Assembly: GCA_965116025.1 (NCBI GenBank)
Contig: OZ220480.1
Location: 928,001-992,000 of the forward strand
Source: an uncultured candidatus Porisulfidus sp.
GTDB lineage: Bacteria; Pseudomonadota; Gammaproteobacteria; Poriferisulfidales; Poriferisulfidaceae
Reading direction: 5' to 3'
Length of the DNA: 64,000 bases
Within the stretch, counting starts at the first letter, position 1, and each line of letters opens with the position of its first letter. This document shows, piece after piece, positions 1-10,701 of this stretch. Both the position numbers and the translations under genes were made by a program. The notes under the pieces are model-generated. The model had not been told where the DNA came from, made no database searches, and saw only the letters and a program-made list of their open reading frames with translations.

Positions 1-1455
1 GACCGGAGTCTCGATGGAGATGGGGTCGCGGGCGATGGTCTGCACGCGGCGGACCTTGTTCTCGGGCAGCTCCATGCGCTCCGCCAGTTCCGCGGCGGTG
101 GGATCCCGGGCCTGCTCCTGCATGATTTGCCGGGAGATGCGGTTGACCTTGTTGATGGTTTCCGTCATGTGCACGGGCACCCGGATGGTGCGCGCCTGGT
201 CCGCGATGGAGCGGGTGATGGCCTGACGGATCCACCAGGTCGCGTAGGTGGAGAACTTGAAGCCGCGGCGGTACTCGAACTTGTCGACCGCCTTCATCAG
301 ACCGATGTTGCCCTCCTCGATCAGGTCCAGGAAGTGCAGGCCACGGTTGGTGTACTTCTTGGCGATCGAGATGACCAGCCGGAGGTTGGCCTCGACCATC
401 TCGTCCTTGGCTTTTTGCGCCCGCGCGTCGGCGACGCGCAGATCCTCCAGAAGGGATTTGATGATGGGGATCTTCAGGCTGTGCTCCTCCTCCAGTTTCG
501 CCAAGCTCTTCTGGTGGCGCTCGATCTCCTTGCGCGCCTCGCGCAGGCCCTCCTTGTAGTCAATTCTCCGGCGCAGGCAGTTGCTGATCCAATTCGGCTT
601 GGTGGCGTTCTTCAGGAAATCCTCCTTGAAGTCTTCCGGCGGCATGCCGGCGCCCAGACAGAGCTCGCGGATGCGGCCCTCTTCCCGGTCGACGGTGTCG
701 CTCATCTTCCGCACGATCACACGCAGGCTCGCGGCGACCGCTGGGGGCAAGCGGAACAGGACGAAGTAGTCGGCCACCTCGGCGCGGCGGCGGCGGTAGG
801 CGTTCGGGTTGCGCCGGACATTGTTGTGCATGGCCCGCGCGTGACGCTTCCCCAGCTCGCGGAATCGGATTTGGACCTGGCGCTTGGTGGGCGAGCGGTC
901 CTTTTTGCTGTCCGGGTTGATCTCCACCTTCTCCGGTTGGACGCGCGGATTCTCGAAACCGAGCGCCAAGTCGGAGATCTTGCCGTCCTTCAGCTTGAAC
1001 TCCTCGTATTTCTCGAGCAACGAGTCGATCACGCGCGGGCATTGCGCCATGGCGTAGGCGGCGTCGCTCTCGCTGATCTCGATCCGCTTGGCGATCTCGA
1101 TCTCCTTGGCCCGGCTCAGCAGGCTGACCGCGCCCATCGCTCGCATATACATGCGAATGGGATCCGAAGTGTGCGCGTCGTCCAGAGGAGGAGTCACGCC
1201 CTCGGGCGCGTCCGGATCTTTCCCATCGAGGTCCTCGTCCTCCTCGTCGGGATCTTGCTCCATGATCTCGATCCCCATGTCGGACAGACTCTCTGATAGG
1301 CTCTCGACCATCAGGGAGATCGCTTCGCTATCCAGCTCGTCGGACAGTCGCTTGTGGATCTCGTCCAGCGTTAGGTGCCCCCGCTCTTTCCCGCGCGCGC
1401 GCAGGTCCTCGACGACGCTATCAAGATCGGTCGAGGGATCGGGGCTTTTGCTCAT
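1..1455 (-). CDS. rpoD: RNA polymerase sigma-70 factor RpoD (3' end runs off window)
   Basis: Hand translation from ATG 1455: region 1.2 [11 protein letters not shown], region 2 [13 protein letters not shown]...[13 protein letters not shown]...[26 protein letters not shown]; window ends at DPISIETPV. Confidence 0.97.
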   Translation of the reverse strand, partial: MSKSPDPSTDLDSVVEDLRARGKERGHLTLDEIHKRLSDELDSEAISLMVESLSESLSDMGIEIMEQDPDEEDEDLDGKDPDAPEGVTPPLDDAHTSDPIRMYMRAMGAVSLLSRAKEIEIAKRIEISESDAAYAMAQCPRVIDSLLEKYEEFKLKDGKISDLALGFENPRVQPEKVEINPDSKKDRSPTKRQVQIRFRELGKRHARAMHNNVRRNPNAYRRRRAEVADYFVLFRLPPAVAASLRVIVRKMSDTVDREEGRIRELCLGAGMPPEDFKEDFLKNATKPNWISNCLRRRIDYKEGLREARKEIERHQKSLAKLEEEHSLKIPIIKSLLEDLRVADARAQKAKDEMVEANLRLVISIAKKYTNRGLHFLDLIEEGNIGLMKAVDKFEYRRGFKFSTYATWWIRQAITRSIADQARTIRVPVHMTETINKVNRISRQIMQEQARDPTAAELAERMELPENKVRRVQTIARDPISIETPV

Positions 1456-1575
1456 AATTTAAAAACTTCGTGTGCCGCGAGCGCTTGCTTATGCGGGCGC
1501 CTATTATATTGCCTGATTTCGGCTCTCCGTCTCTTGGGCGAGGATCTCGTGGCTGTGTTAAACTTCCCCGCCCAT

Positions 1576-1651
1576 TCCCCGGTAGCTCAGTTGGCAGAGC
1601 GGGTGGCTGTTAACCACTAGGTCGGCGGTTCGAGCCCGTCCCGGGGAGCCA
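1576..1651 (+). tRNA. tRNA-Asn (GTT)
   Basis: Cloverleaf with TCCCCGG/CCGGGGA acceptor stem, anticodon loop CT-GTT-AA, TTCGAGC T-loop, encoded CCA. Confidence 0.97.
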
Positions 1652-1716
1652 GCCTCTTCGCGGTCTTCCTTTTACTTTCGAGTTGGAGGGATTTCAGAGC
1701 CTTTCCCGCTCGCTCC

Positions 1717-2592
1717 TTACCGCCCGCGCGCGAGCCACGCTCCAAATTCCGCCCCGAGATCCTCTCGGCGCAGGGCGTATTCCACGGACGCTTGCAGGTA
1801 GCCAAGTTTGCTTCCACAGTCGTAGCGTTTTCCCACGAACTGGTAGGCGGTCAGCGCGGAGCCTTTCCGTAACTGGAGGGCGAGGGCGTCGGTCAGCTGG
1901 ATCTCGCCTCCCGCGCCGGGCGCGGTCTCGCGCAGGCGCTCGAAGATATCCGGAGTCAGGATGTAGCGTCCGACCACGCCGAGGTCGGAGGGCGCTTTAT
2001 CGGCGGGGGGCTTCTCCACGATGCCAGTGAGCGTCCACAGCCGCTCGCCGCGCGGTTTCCCCGAGATCACGCCATACCGCGAGATTCGCTCTGGCGGCAC
2101 GCGTTCCACCGCGACCATGCCCGTCTGGAGAGTGTGGAACGCGTCGACCATCTGCTTCAGGCAAGGGGTTTCTCCGCCGTCGATCAGGTCGTCCGCCAGA
2201 ATGACGGCGAACGGCTCGTCGCCGATGACCGGCTCCGCGCGCAGAACGGCGTGGCCCAGCCCCAGGGCTTGACGTTGCCGAAGGTAGACGCAAGAGACGC
2301 CCTCGGGGAGGATGTTCCGCGCTTCCTCGAGTTGCCCGGTCTTACCGGACGCTTCCAGTTCCGACTCCAACTCGTACGCCATGTCGAAATGGTCTGGAAT
2401 CGAGCGCTTGTTGCGCCCGGTGATGAAGACGAGCTGCTCGATGCCGGCGGCCACGGCCTCTTCCGCCGCGTGCTGGATCAAGGGCTTGTCCACGATCGGC
2501 AGCATTTCTTTGGGCATCGCCTTGGTGGCGGGCAGGAACCGCGTGCCAAGCCCGGCGACCGGGAATACCGCTTTACGTACGCGGGGAGTCAT
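1717..2592 (-). CDS. galU: UTP-glucose-1-phosphate uridylyltransferase
   Basis: [41 protein letters not shown] motifs. Confidence 0.96.
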   Translation of the reverse strand: MTPRVRKAVFPVAGLGTRFLPATKAMPKEMLPIVDKPLIQHAAEEAVAAGIEQLVFITGRNKRSIPDHFDMAYELESELEASGKTGQLEEARNILPEGVSCVYLRQRQALGLGHAVLRAEPVIGDEPFAVILADDLIDGGETPCLKQMVDAFHTLQTGMVAVERVPPERISRYGVISGKPRGERLWTLTGIVEKPPADKAPSDLGVVGRYILTPDIFERLRETAPGAGGEIQLTDALALQLRKGSALTAYQFVGKRYDCGSKLGYLQASVEYALRREDLGAEFGAWLARGR

Positions 2593-2690
2593 CGGGTCAT
2601 TGTACCGGGTGGGCGCCGCGATGCTCTCGCTCGTTCGCTGGCTCGTCCCCTATGATAGACGCGCGAGAGACCCTGCTATGGAGAGAGACC

Positions 2691-3461
2691 ATGCGCGACA
2701 TTGATGACCTGTTGCGGATCATGCGCGAGGTGCGGGACCCCGACCATGGCTGTCCATGGGATTTGCGTCAGAGTTTCGCCACGATCATGCCGTACACGGT
2801 GGAGGAGGCCTATGAGGTGGCGGACGCCATTGAGCGCGAGGCTTGGGATGAATTGCGCGGCGAGTTGGGCGATCTTTTGCTGCATGTCGTCTATCACGCG
2901 CGGATGGCCGAGGAGCGGGGGCTGTTCCGTTTTGGCGATGTGGTGGAGGCGATCTGCTGCAAGATGATCGAGCGGCATCCGCATGTCTTCGGGGACGCGG
3001 GCTCGCGCGGCGAGGCCGAGATCGTGAAGGAATGGGAACGACGCAAGCTTCGCGAGCGCGCTGAGCGTGGCGCGGAGGGAGTCCTGGAAGGCGTCCCAAA
3101 AGCGCAACCGGCGCTGACGCGCGCGTTCCAACTGCAGAAACGCGCCGCCCGAGTGGGCTTCGATTGGGAAGAGGCTCGCCAAGTGGAGGATAAGGTCAGG
3201 GAGGAGTGGAACGAACTGCGCGCGGCCCGGGACTCGAAAGAGCGCGCGGCGGAGTTTGGCGATCTGCTGTTCGCCATGGTCAACTACGCGCGCCACCTCG
3301 GGATTCGCCCGGAAGAGGCCTTGCGAGGCGCTTGCTCGCGGTTCGCGGAGCGTTTCGAGCGCATGGAAGAGCGCTTGCGGGAAGATAGTGAGGATGTGGA
3401 GGCGGTTTCCACCGGCCGCTGGGAGGAATTATGGGAAGAGGCGAAGCGCGCCGAATCCTAG
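2691..3461 (+). CDS. mazG: Nucleoside triphosphate pyrophosphohydrolase MazG
   Basis: GCPWD, EEAYE, ELGDLL, RHPHVF, GFDW, EFGDLLF tandem MazG domains; start taken at ATG 2691 (2652 alternative). Confidence 0.95.
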   Translation: MRDIDDLLRIMREVRDPDHGCPWDLRQSFATIMPYTVEEAYEVADAIEREAWDELRGELGDLLLHVVYHARMAEERGLFRFGDVVEAICCKMIERHPHVFGDAGSRGEAEIVKEWERRKLRERAERGAEGVLEGVPKAQPALTRAFQLQKRAARVGFDWEEARQVEDKVREEWNELRAARDSKERAAEFGDLLFAMVNYARHLGIRPEEALRGACSRFAERFERMEERLREDSEDVEAVSTGRWEELWEEAKRAES

Positions 3462-3576
3462 TCGCCGTCGTTCGCTTCCCCTTATAAAAGCGAACGGCCA
3501 GGCAGGTACGGGGGTCGCCAGGGCGTTCTGGGGCAGCGTGGCGCGACGGATGAAACTATTCGTGAGCCTGTACACA

Positions 3577-6135
3577 TCACTTTAAATCTCGGGTTGGTTG
3601 CTTTGAGCGCACACGGTATGCGAGTGTAATGTCGGAAAGCTCGAGCCCTCTTCGGTTGATTTCGTTTCGCACCTCGTCATAGACTGGCGCGGTCCGCTCG
3701 ACATCGGAGATGGTCATGACGATGGTGAAGGGCACTCCAGAGTCGGGGAAAGCGTCTCCAGCCCGGGTTGAGGAACGGAGCGCTAAGTGCCAGTCGCTAG
3801 AAGTGCCGCGTCCTCGTGGCATGGAGAGGCAGTAGCGCTTAACGGGTGTCCACTTGAGTCCTGTCTTCAGGAGATAGGCCTCGGTATGATTAAGTCCAGT
3901 GGGCTGTTTGTCGTCGAAATGGCTGAGGCGGGACTTTGGGTCGTCTTCACCTGTGTCGGGATTGGTTTCAATTTGATACAGACGCGCGTCAAGCTGGACT
4001 CGCAGGCATTCGGCGCCGAATTGGGCATCAATTGGTGGTGCGAACGCCAAGGTGATATTGACCCTTCCGCGGCACTTTCCTGCGGCCGTGACTAGCGATT
4101 TTGGCCAAGAGAAAACGAATCGGAGCTCGCGGCGAAAGGAGAGAGATTCGGAAAAGACTAAGGTGATCGAGTGGGGCTCGTTTGAAAGGCACGCGTCGGC
4201 TGGGGGCGCTGTGCCGAAGCCAACGAAATCGCGCGCGACATGGTGTAACGCGACGTGTCGCATTGGTTCGCTTCTCCGCGCATGGTGGACCAGGAGAGCG
4301 ATAAGGGTTTCACGCGGCGCGGCTCCATTGAGTCGGTGATCGATCATAGCGACAGTGGAGGCGACCAAAGGGGCGGCGAAACTGGTTCCGTTGTTGTCGA
4401 CGACCGCGCTGTCAGGCGCGAGAGAAGAAAGCCCTGTTTTGTTTCCGGCGTGCGGTGACGCGCCGCCGTAGTGAGACAGGTCGGGTTTGCGCGCTCCGCC
4501 GGTGCCAGGGCCACGACGAGTGTAGGTGGTCGGAAGAGCGGCAATGTGGCCGGGGATGCCCGGGGGGTTGATCGCGCCAACCGATAGCCCGAGCAGGTGT
4601 TCAGCGGGTGCGGTGATGAACTCGTTGGTGGCGAATCCATGGGTCAATAGCCTCACCGCCTCGTCGCCGTCGCTCGGCCAAGGGGGTCGCGCTTCTGTTC
4701 CGTTGAGATTTCCGGCGGATACGACGAAGAGGATGTCGTGCTCCGCGGCGATGTCGTCTAGGGCCTGCGCGAAGATCGAATAATCAAGGCCTCGGCGTAT
4801 CCCGGGCATTCCGAGACTCAGATTGAAAACGCGAACGCCAGCGGATTTAGCGCGTATGACCTCTTCCTCCAACTGGTCGAAGAAGTCGGATAGCATGTCG
4901 TAGTAGCTGGAGACCAGGCCCTGCCGCGGCATGAGAGGAATGTCGAAGTAACGGCAACCCATGGGCTCCAGTTGCGAGCCAATCTGTGGATTGAGGGTTC
5001 GCGCGCCGGCGATGAGACCGGCGATGAAGGTACCATGCGAAAGGTCTCGATCAGCTGAATTAATCGAATCAGTGCCGCCCGCGCGCCAAGGCGTGAGCGG
5101 CGAAATATCGGCGACGCCGCCGTCGATTATTCCAACGACCGGCGTTCCTTGCTTAGGTGGAAGAGGCAATGTGGTCCGGTGTGGCGCTTGGGACTGGGTT
5201 AGTGGGGCAAGTTCGAGCGAAGGCGGTAGGTTGACTCGCCGAACCAATGGCTCGACCGCCATCTGTTCAAGGAAGCGCTGATGACGCTCTAGCGGAACGG
5301 CTCTGGTGGCCGAACGCGCCGCGCCGCGAGGCAGGTCTTGATGCGCTGAAGGTGGGTCGTCGAGGGGAAGTGAAACGAATGACTGGTCGAGGTCGTTGGT
5401 TAGTTGGATGGAGATTTGATAACCCCCGCGCGAATCACTGTTCTCGCGTGGAAACAGTGGTGAGGCCACGATGCCCCCCAGTCCGGCGAGGCGGTGGCGA
5501 AAACTCTCGATCATGGAATTTACAGCGACAGGGTCGACGGTGGGGTCGGGCCGGAAGAGTTCCACGAGATATGTGCCAAGCGTATCGAGGTGGCTGATCC
5601 ATTCGGCGGCTTCGCGGGCGGAAAAGGCGACGCGGTCGGCAGGCGTGGGAAGATGAATGTCTTGGATGCCACCGAGCTCGCTGCGATAAGCGGAAGGGCG
5701 AGACTCGAACTTCCCGGCCGCCTCGTTCAATCTCTGTCGAGGTTCGATTTCCGCTCGAGACTCGATTTGGCGATCCAGATGGTCAAGCGCGTTGGGTGTG
5801 CACTGGAAGAACATTTCGCCGATGTCCCCGCCTCCGACCAGACGGAACGAATTGGCTGGCGAAAAAAGAGAATTCAGGGGGCGATAGCTCTTCGCTAGTG
5901 CCACTTCGCGCATTCGCACGAAGATGAAGCCCGCCGCGTGGCCGTCGTGGCGCAAGGATTCGGATGAGTCCCGGATGCGTTGGCGCAACGCGGATTTGTG
6001 GCGCGAGAATCCGGGATTGTCACCGCCGAAAAAATCACGATTTCCACCACGTCGTCGGCTTTCCCGCACGGAGATGAACTGTCCGGTGTTGAGGAATACT
6101 TGGATGGGACGGGTAGCATCGTCTCGATCGGTCAT
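3577..6135 (-). CDS. S8 family subtilisin-like serine protease (IetS-like)
   Basis: Intact triad GIIDGG / HGT / GTSFAAP, VSAGN oxyanion motif, no signal peptide; 3 bp downstream of the AAA ATPase. Confidence 0.9.
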   Translation of the reverse strand: MTDRDDATRPIQVFLNTGQFISVRESRRRGGNRDFFGGDNPGFSRHKSALRQRIRDSSESLRHDGHAAGFIFVRMREVALAKSYRPLNSLFSPANSFRLVGGGDIGEMFFQCTPNALDHLDRQIESRAEIEPRQRLNEAAGKFESRPSAYRSELGGIQDIHLPTPADRVAFSAREAAEWISHLDTLGTYLVELFRPDPTVDPVAVNSMIESFRHRLAGLGGIVASPLFPRENSDSRGGYQISIQLTNDLDQSFVSLPLDDPPSAHQDLPRGAARSATRAVPLERHQRFLEQMAVEPLVRRVNLPPSLELAPLTQSQAPHRTTLPLPPKQGTPVVGIIDGGVADISPLTPWRAGGTDSINSADRDLSHGTFIAGLIAGARTLNPQIGSQLEPMGCRYFDIPLMPRQGLVSSYYDMLSDFFDQLEEEVIRAKSAGVRVFNLSLGMPGIRRGLDYSIFAQALDDIAAEHDILFVVSAGNLNGTEARPPWPSDGDEAVRLLTHGFATNEFITAPAEHLLGLSVGAINPPGIPGHIAALPTTYTRRGPGTGGARKPDLSHYGGASPHAGNKTGLSSLAPDSAVVDNNGTSFAAPLVASTVAMIDHRLNGAAPRETLIALLVHHARRSEPMRHVALHHVARDFVGFGTAPPADACLSNEPHSITLVFSESLSFRRELRFVFSWPKSLVTAAGKCRGRVNITLAFAPPIDAQFGAECLRVQLDARLYQIETNPDTGEDDPKSRLSHFDDKQPTGLNHTEAYLLKTGLKWTPVKRYCLSMPRGRGTSSDWHLALRSSTRAGDAFPDSGVPFTIVMTISDVERTAPVYDEVRNEINRRGLELSDITLAYRVRSKQPTRDLK

Positions 6136-6138
6136 CGT

Positions 6139-7377
6139 TTATACCGATACTTGGTTCTTCGGCGCCTCAGGATCAGGAGGCTTGAGGCGCCTGGAAATCG
6201 TGCTCTGCGAAACTCCGAGGACGCGCGCGGCTTCGATTTGCGTGAAGCCCGCGCTTTCTATCAACGCGTCGAGCAGCGCATCGTCCGAATGAAGGAGTTG
6301 TTCCTGCCGGCGGTCGTCGAAGAGCGAGGCGTTTAGGATGGCTTGGCGCCGCAACGCCGAGAGCAGGGTGGCGGGCTTGAGTTTCTCGCGGGCGAGCGCC
6401 GCGCGATTCTCGCGCAGGATCAGGTAGCGCTTGCTTCCGGCGATCAGGGTTTCGATATCCGAGCCGCTCATGCCCTCGGTGAGCCAAACCAGCATGCGCG
6501 TTTCGCTGTCGGACAGGCGAACCGGCGCGAGAAAGCGCTTGAGCATGGCGGCCCGCGTGTCCGGTTCGGGTTTGGGGATGCGGATGCGAGATTCGAACCG
6601 CCGCCACACGGCCGAATCTAACAGGTGTTCGTGATTGGTGGCGGCGAGCGTGAATCCCTGGACGTTTCTCGCGTCCAGGCATTGGAGCAAAGTGTTGACG
6701 ACGCGTTTGATTTCCCCGACTTCCTGGCTGTCGTCGCGCGCTTTGGCGATGGCGTCGAATTCGTCGAGGAAGAGAATGCAGCGATATCGGTCGGCGAAAT
6801 CGAACAACGCGCCGATGTTGCGCGCCGTAGTGCCGAGAAACGATGAGACCAGGCCGTCGAGCCTCGCCTCGACGACCGGCAGGCGGAGCTGGCGCCCGAT
6901 GAATCTGGCGAGAAGCGTCTTGCCGACGCCGGGGGCTCCGTAGAGGAGGCATCGCATGTTCGGTTTCACGCCCACGCGCGCCAGATCCTCGACCCGGTCC
7001 CATTCCCGTAATTGGTCGGAGATCGCCGCCTCCAGCGCAGGTTGCAGCATTGGAGCGGGACCGTCGCGGTCATCGGGAAACAGCACGCGTGCCAATGGGG
7101 CGCTGGTCTCCCGGTCGGCGGGCAGAGGCGTTGAGCGGGAAAGAGTCTCGCCCGGCAACCGCAACCTATCGCGGCGGACGCGCATTCGCTCCAAAGATAT
7201 AGGTGCCGCATCTTGCCGGAGCTTACGCTTGGCCAGCAACCTGCCGAGCTTCTTGGCCTGCTTTGGCTCGCTCTCCTGGAGGGCGTTCTGGAGGCGGGCG
7301 ATTTGATGAGCGACCTTCTCCTCATCTCCGTTCAGCGCCATGCGGGATAGCGAGAGAATTATGTCAAAATTCTCCAT
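6139..7377 (-). CDS. AAA+ ATPase with C-terminal HTH (IetA-like)
   Basis: Walker A GAPGVGKT, Walker B ILFLDEFD, AATN, VWRRF; C-terminal TQIEAARVLGVSQSTISRRL HTH. Confidence 0.9.
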   Translation of the reverse strand: MENFDIILSLSRMALNGDEEKVAHQIARLQNALQESEPKQAKKLGRLLAKRKLRQDAAPISLERMRVRRDRLRLPGETLSRSTPLPADRETSAPLARVLFPDDRDGPAPMLQPALEAAISDQLREWDRVEDLARVGVKPNMRCLLYGAPGVGKTLLARFIGRQLRLPVVEARLDGLVSSFLGTTARNIGALFDFADRYRCILFLDEFDAIAKARDDSQEVGEIKRVVNTLLQCLDARNVQGFTLAATNHEHLLDSAVWRRFESRIRIPKPEPDTRAAMLKRFLAPVRLSDSETRMLVWLTEGMSGSDIETLIAGSKRYLILRENRAALAREKLKPATLLSALRRQAILNASLFDDRRQEQLLHSDDALLDALIESAGFTQIEAARVLGVSQSTISRRLKPPDPEAPKNQVSV

Positions 7378-7469
7378 AAAATATCTTTTTATTCCATATC
7401 TATGCGAAAGAAAGACATATTATGCGCTATGACCAGGCAACGCGCAACCCTCGCTCTCTGGCATTCGAG

Positions 7470-8318
7470 TTAGGCGCGCTCCATCCGCATCGAGAAGTCC
7501 ACCGCTTTCACGTCCTTGGTTAGGGTGCCGACAGAGACGCGCGCCGCGCCACCGCCCACGTAGTCGGCGAGATTCCTCTTGGTGATTCCCCCGGAGATTT
7601 CCAGCGGAATGCCCGGGAACGCGGCGGCGGCCGCGCACGCCTCTCCGTCGCTGAAATTGTCGAGCAGGATGATGTCCGGACTGGCGGAATGGGCCCGCCC
7701 GAGCTGCACCATGCTCTCGACCTCCACGATGACGGGAACGTCCGGGTGGCGCGCGCGCGCCTCGCGGATGGCGGCCCGAATGTCGGGAATCAGGGCCCAG
7801 TGGTTCTCCTTGATCAGCACGGCCTCGGCCAGATTGGATCGGTGGGGGACGCATCCGCCACGCTCGACCGCGTATTTCTGCGCGTGGCGCAGGCCGGGGA
7901 TCGTCTTGCGGGTGTCCAGCAAGACACAGGAGGCGTTGGCATCGGCGTTGGCATCGTCCAGCGCCCGCGCGAACGCGCGCGCGCGGCTGGCGGTGGCCGA
8001 CAGAAGCTGCAGGAAGTTGAGAGCGGAGCGCTCGCCCTGCAGCAATGGCCGGGCCGGGCCCCGCAACTCGCAGACCGTGGCGTCGGCCTGGATTCGGTCG
8101 CCGTCCTTGGCTTGCCAGTCGAGCGTGATGGATGTTTCCAGTTGGTGGAAGACCTCCTCGACCCAAGGGATGCCGCACAGCACGGCCCGCTGGCGGCAAA
8201 GAATCCTTGCGCGCGCCGTTTGGTCGGGAACCAGCGCGGCGCTCAGGTCTTCGGTCGCCCGGTCCTCCCGCAGGGCCCGAGCGGCATCCTCGCGAACGAC
8301 GCTCGGGTCCAAGATCAC
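7470..8318 (-). CDS. nadC: Quinolinate phosphoribosyltransferase
   Basis: ERSALNFLQ, LDTRKTIPGLR, LIKENH, VEVES, ILLDNF, DFSM motifs. Confidence 0.95.
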   Translation of the reverse strand: MILDPSVVREDAARALREDRATEDLSAALVPDQTARARILCRQRAVLCGIPWVEEVFHQLETSITLDWQAKDGDRIQADATVCELRGPARPLLQGERSALNFLQLLSATASRARAFARALDDANADANASCVLLDTRKTIPGLRHAQKYAVERGGCVPHRSNLAEAVLIKENHWALIPDIRAAIREARARHPDVPVIVEVESMVQLGRAHSASPDIILLDNFSDGEACAAAAAFPGIPLEISGGITKRNLADYVGGGAARVSVGTLTKDVKAVDFSMRMERA

Positions 8319-8321
8319 GGC

Positions 8322-9647
8322 TTATCCGTCATCGCGTTCCCGGGTCAGCCGGAACACCACGGTCGACAGCAGCAGCATCGCGATCAGATTCGGCCACGCC
8401 ATCAGGGCGTTGAGCGTGTCGGACAGCAGCCACAGATTGTTCAGCGCGAAGGTCGAGCCGACGTACAGAGCCACGATCCACAGGATTCGGTACGGTAGCA
8501 GGACCCATCGCCCGAGCAGGAACTGGATGCATCGCTCGCCGTAGAAGCTCCAGCCGAGCACGGTGGTGAACGCGAAGACCGACGCGGCGACCGCGACGAT
8601 GGTTCCGCCAACCGCCGTCAGGGAGTGGTTGAACGCTTGAGTGGTCAGAGCCGCGCCGCTGGCTCCCGTAGTCCATTCCCCGCTCACGATGATGACCAGA
8701 GCCGTCATGGTGCAGATGATGAGCGTGTCGATGAAGGTGCCGAGCATGGCGATCCGGCCCTGCCGGACCGGGCTCGCGCTCTGCGCCGAGGCGTGGGCGA
8801 TGGCGGCGCTGCCGAGGCCGGCCTCGTTGGAGAAGATGCCGCGCGCGATTCCGAACTGGATGGCCATCATCACCGCGGTGCCGGCGAACCCACCGACCGC
8901 CGCGTGGCCGGTGAAGGCGGATTCTATGATCAGGGCGAGCGCGCCCGGGATCTCGGTCGCGTTCATCAGGATGACGACCAGCGCGCACCCGACGTAGGTG
9001 ATCGCCATCAGGGGGACCAGCCGCGCGGCCACCGCGGCGATCCGCTTCAGTCCGCCCAAGATGACGATTCCCGCCAGCGTGGCGATGACGATTCCGGTGA
9101 TCGATTCGGAGACGCCGAACTCGGAGTGCAGGGCGTCGGCGACGGAGTTCGACTGCACCATGTTGCCGATGCCGAACGCGGCGATGGTGGCGAACAAGGC
9201 GAACAGCATGGCCAGCCAGGTCCAGCTGGGCCCGAGCCCCTTCTGGATGTAGTACATCGGACCGCCGTGGAACTCGCCCTCCGGCGTCTCCTCGCGGAAG
9301 TTCACCGCCAGCACCGCCTCGGCGTATTTGGTCGCCATGCCGAACAGAGCCATGACCCACATCCAGAAGATGGCGCCCGGGCCGCCCATCGCGATGGCCG
9401 TGGCGACGCCGGCGATATTTCCGGTGCCGACGGTGGCCGACATGGCGGTCATCAGGGCGCGGAACGGCGGGATCTCGCCCGCCCCACTCGCGGCGGTTCC
9501 GCGCGCCAGCTCACGGAAGGCTAGGCCGATCTGCCGCAGAGGCAGGAAGCGCAACCCGACCATCAGGTAGATGCCGAGGCCAAGAAGAAGGATGATCGTG
9601 GGCCAGCCCCAAACGAAACTGTTGACGTCTTTCAGCCATTCGCTCAT
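8322..9647 (-). CDS. Alanine/glycine:cation symporter (AgcS/AlsT family)
   Basis: TVGTGNIAGVA, GGPGAIFWMW, GGPMYY, FSNEAGLGSA, FIDTLIIC. Confidence 0.93.
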   Translation of the reverse strand: MSEWLKDVNSFVWGWPTIILLLGLGIYLMVGLRFLPLRQIGLAFRELARGTAASGAGEIPPFRALMTAMSATVGTGNIAGVATAIAMGGPGAIFWMWVMALFGMATKYAEAVLAVNFREETPEGEFHGGPMYYIQKGLGPSWTWLAMLFALFATIAAFGIGNMVQSNSVADALHSEFGVSESITGIVIATLAGIVILGGLKRIAAVAARLVPLMAITYVGCALVVILMNATEIPGALALIIESAFTGHAAVGGFAGTAVMMAIQFGIARGIFSNEAGLGSAAIAHASAQSASPVRQGRIAMLGTFIDTLIICTMTALVIIVSGEWTTGASGAALTTQAFNHSLTAVGGTIVAVAASVFAFTTVLGWSFYGERCIQFLLGRWVLLPYRILWIVALYVGSTFALNNLWLLSDTLNALMAWPNLIAMLLLSTVVFRLTRERDDG

Positions 9648-9819
9648 CGCCAAACTCCCGGCGCGGCGCGCCGCAAAATCTATCGGGGAGCATTATAAGC
9701 GCGGCTTCTCGACCCCTCTCGCCAAGAGGTCCGGTTTCCGCGCGCCCGGCCTCTCGGAGCGCTTTTGGATTATCGCGGGGTTCCGTCTCTCGCCCCAGTT
9801 TTCTCGCGCCGGGGCGCGC

Positions 9820-10266
9820 TTACCTGATCGCCAAGACCACCACCGCGCTGACGATGCCCGTCGCCGCGCCGATCGCCAGTAGAAGGAAGCCCAGCGTCCT
9901 CTGGAACTTGGCGTTCATGTCCAGCTGGAGCTCATGCATCGATTTCTCCAGACGGTTCTCCATATCTTTCATGTCGGAGCGGATGCCGGCCTCCATGTCT
10001 CTCATGTCGGAGCGGATGCCAGCCTCCATCTTCTCCATCTTGCCTTCAAGCTTGGACTCCATTTGGTCCAGGTCGGCCTTGGTGGCCAGCTCGCCTTGCG
10101 CGCCCTGAATGACGTTGACGATGGTCTTCGCCTGCCGCCCGTTGAATCCCGCTTCCACCAAGCCTCCCGCCGCCTTCATGGTATCAAAATGTGGTCGCGT
10201 CCATCCCGGTTCCCGCGCGGCGGGGTCGGGCTCAGGCTTTCGCTGGGCGTTCGGGCTGGGGCTCAC
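9820..10266 (-). CDS. DUF1640/CCDC90-like coiled-coil protein with C-terminal membrane anchor
   Basis: FDT..AGF..QA head, ATKADL motif, coiled-coil stalk, hydrophobic C-terminus; start uncertain (GTG 10266 chosen). Confidence 0.7.
   Translation of the reverse strand: MSPSPNAQRKPEPDPAAREPGWTRPHFDTMKAAGGLVEAGFNGRQAKTIVNVIQGAQGELATKADLDQMESKLEGKMEKMEAGIRSDMRDMEAGIRSDMKDMENRLEKSMHELQLDMNAKFQRTLGFLLLAIGAATGIVSAVVVLAIR
9970..10035. repeat. Two tandem 33-bp repeats (11-aa unit MEAGIRSDM(R/K)D)
   Basis: catgtcggagcggatgccggcctccat at 9970 and catgtcggagcggatgccagcctccat at 10003. Confidence 0.9.
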
Positions 10267-10701
10267 GCGAGTGTCATCCTTGCCGAGTGGAAATTGAGGA
10301 GAGGAGCTTCTCTTGGGGGCTTTGGAATGGTTTGCGGCTATCATACATGAGCTCCCGGAGGCGAGAATCGGGTCGCTTGCCCACGCTCGCGCTTTTTCCA
10401 AGAAAATCAACGCTATGGAGCGTCTAGGCTCTCGCTTTTTTGGACTCTTGGCCGGGGTTCGTCGGCGCGGCGGGCGCGCGGGGCGTTGATTTTTCTAGGT
10501 TTTCCGCTCGGAGAAACGAAATCCACGGGCGTCGTCGGGCGAGTTCCGACCGGAACTCGCCCAGAATGGCTCGACGGCTCGCGTCGCGCAGGTTGGGATT
10601 TGATGCCGAAAAGCGGCGCGTGATCGCGCGCGATTCCGCCTCTGGAAAGAGGCTTTCCCGAGGCGCTCGTCTCGCCGAGAGGGGTCGGGATCCCCTTTCC
10701 C

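Noticed and set aside
127-1296. 389-aa plus-strand ORF and many similar long ORFs (e.g. 16751-18880, 22014-23825, 27652-29649, 56727-57908)
   Set aside because: Antisense or off-frame shadows of clear genes in high-GC DNA; no recognisable motifs.
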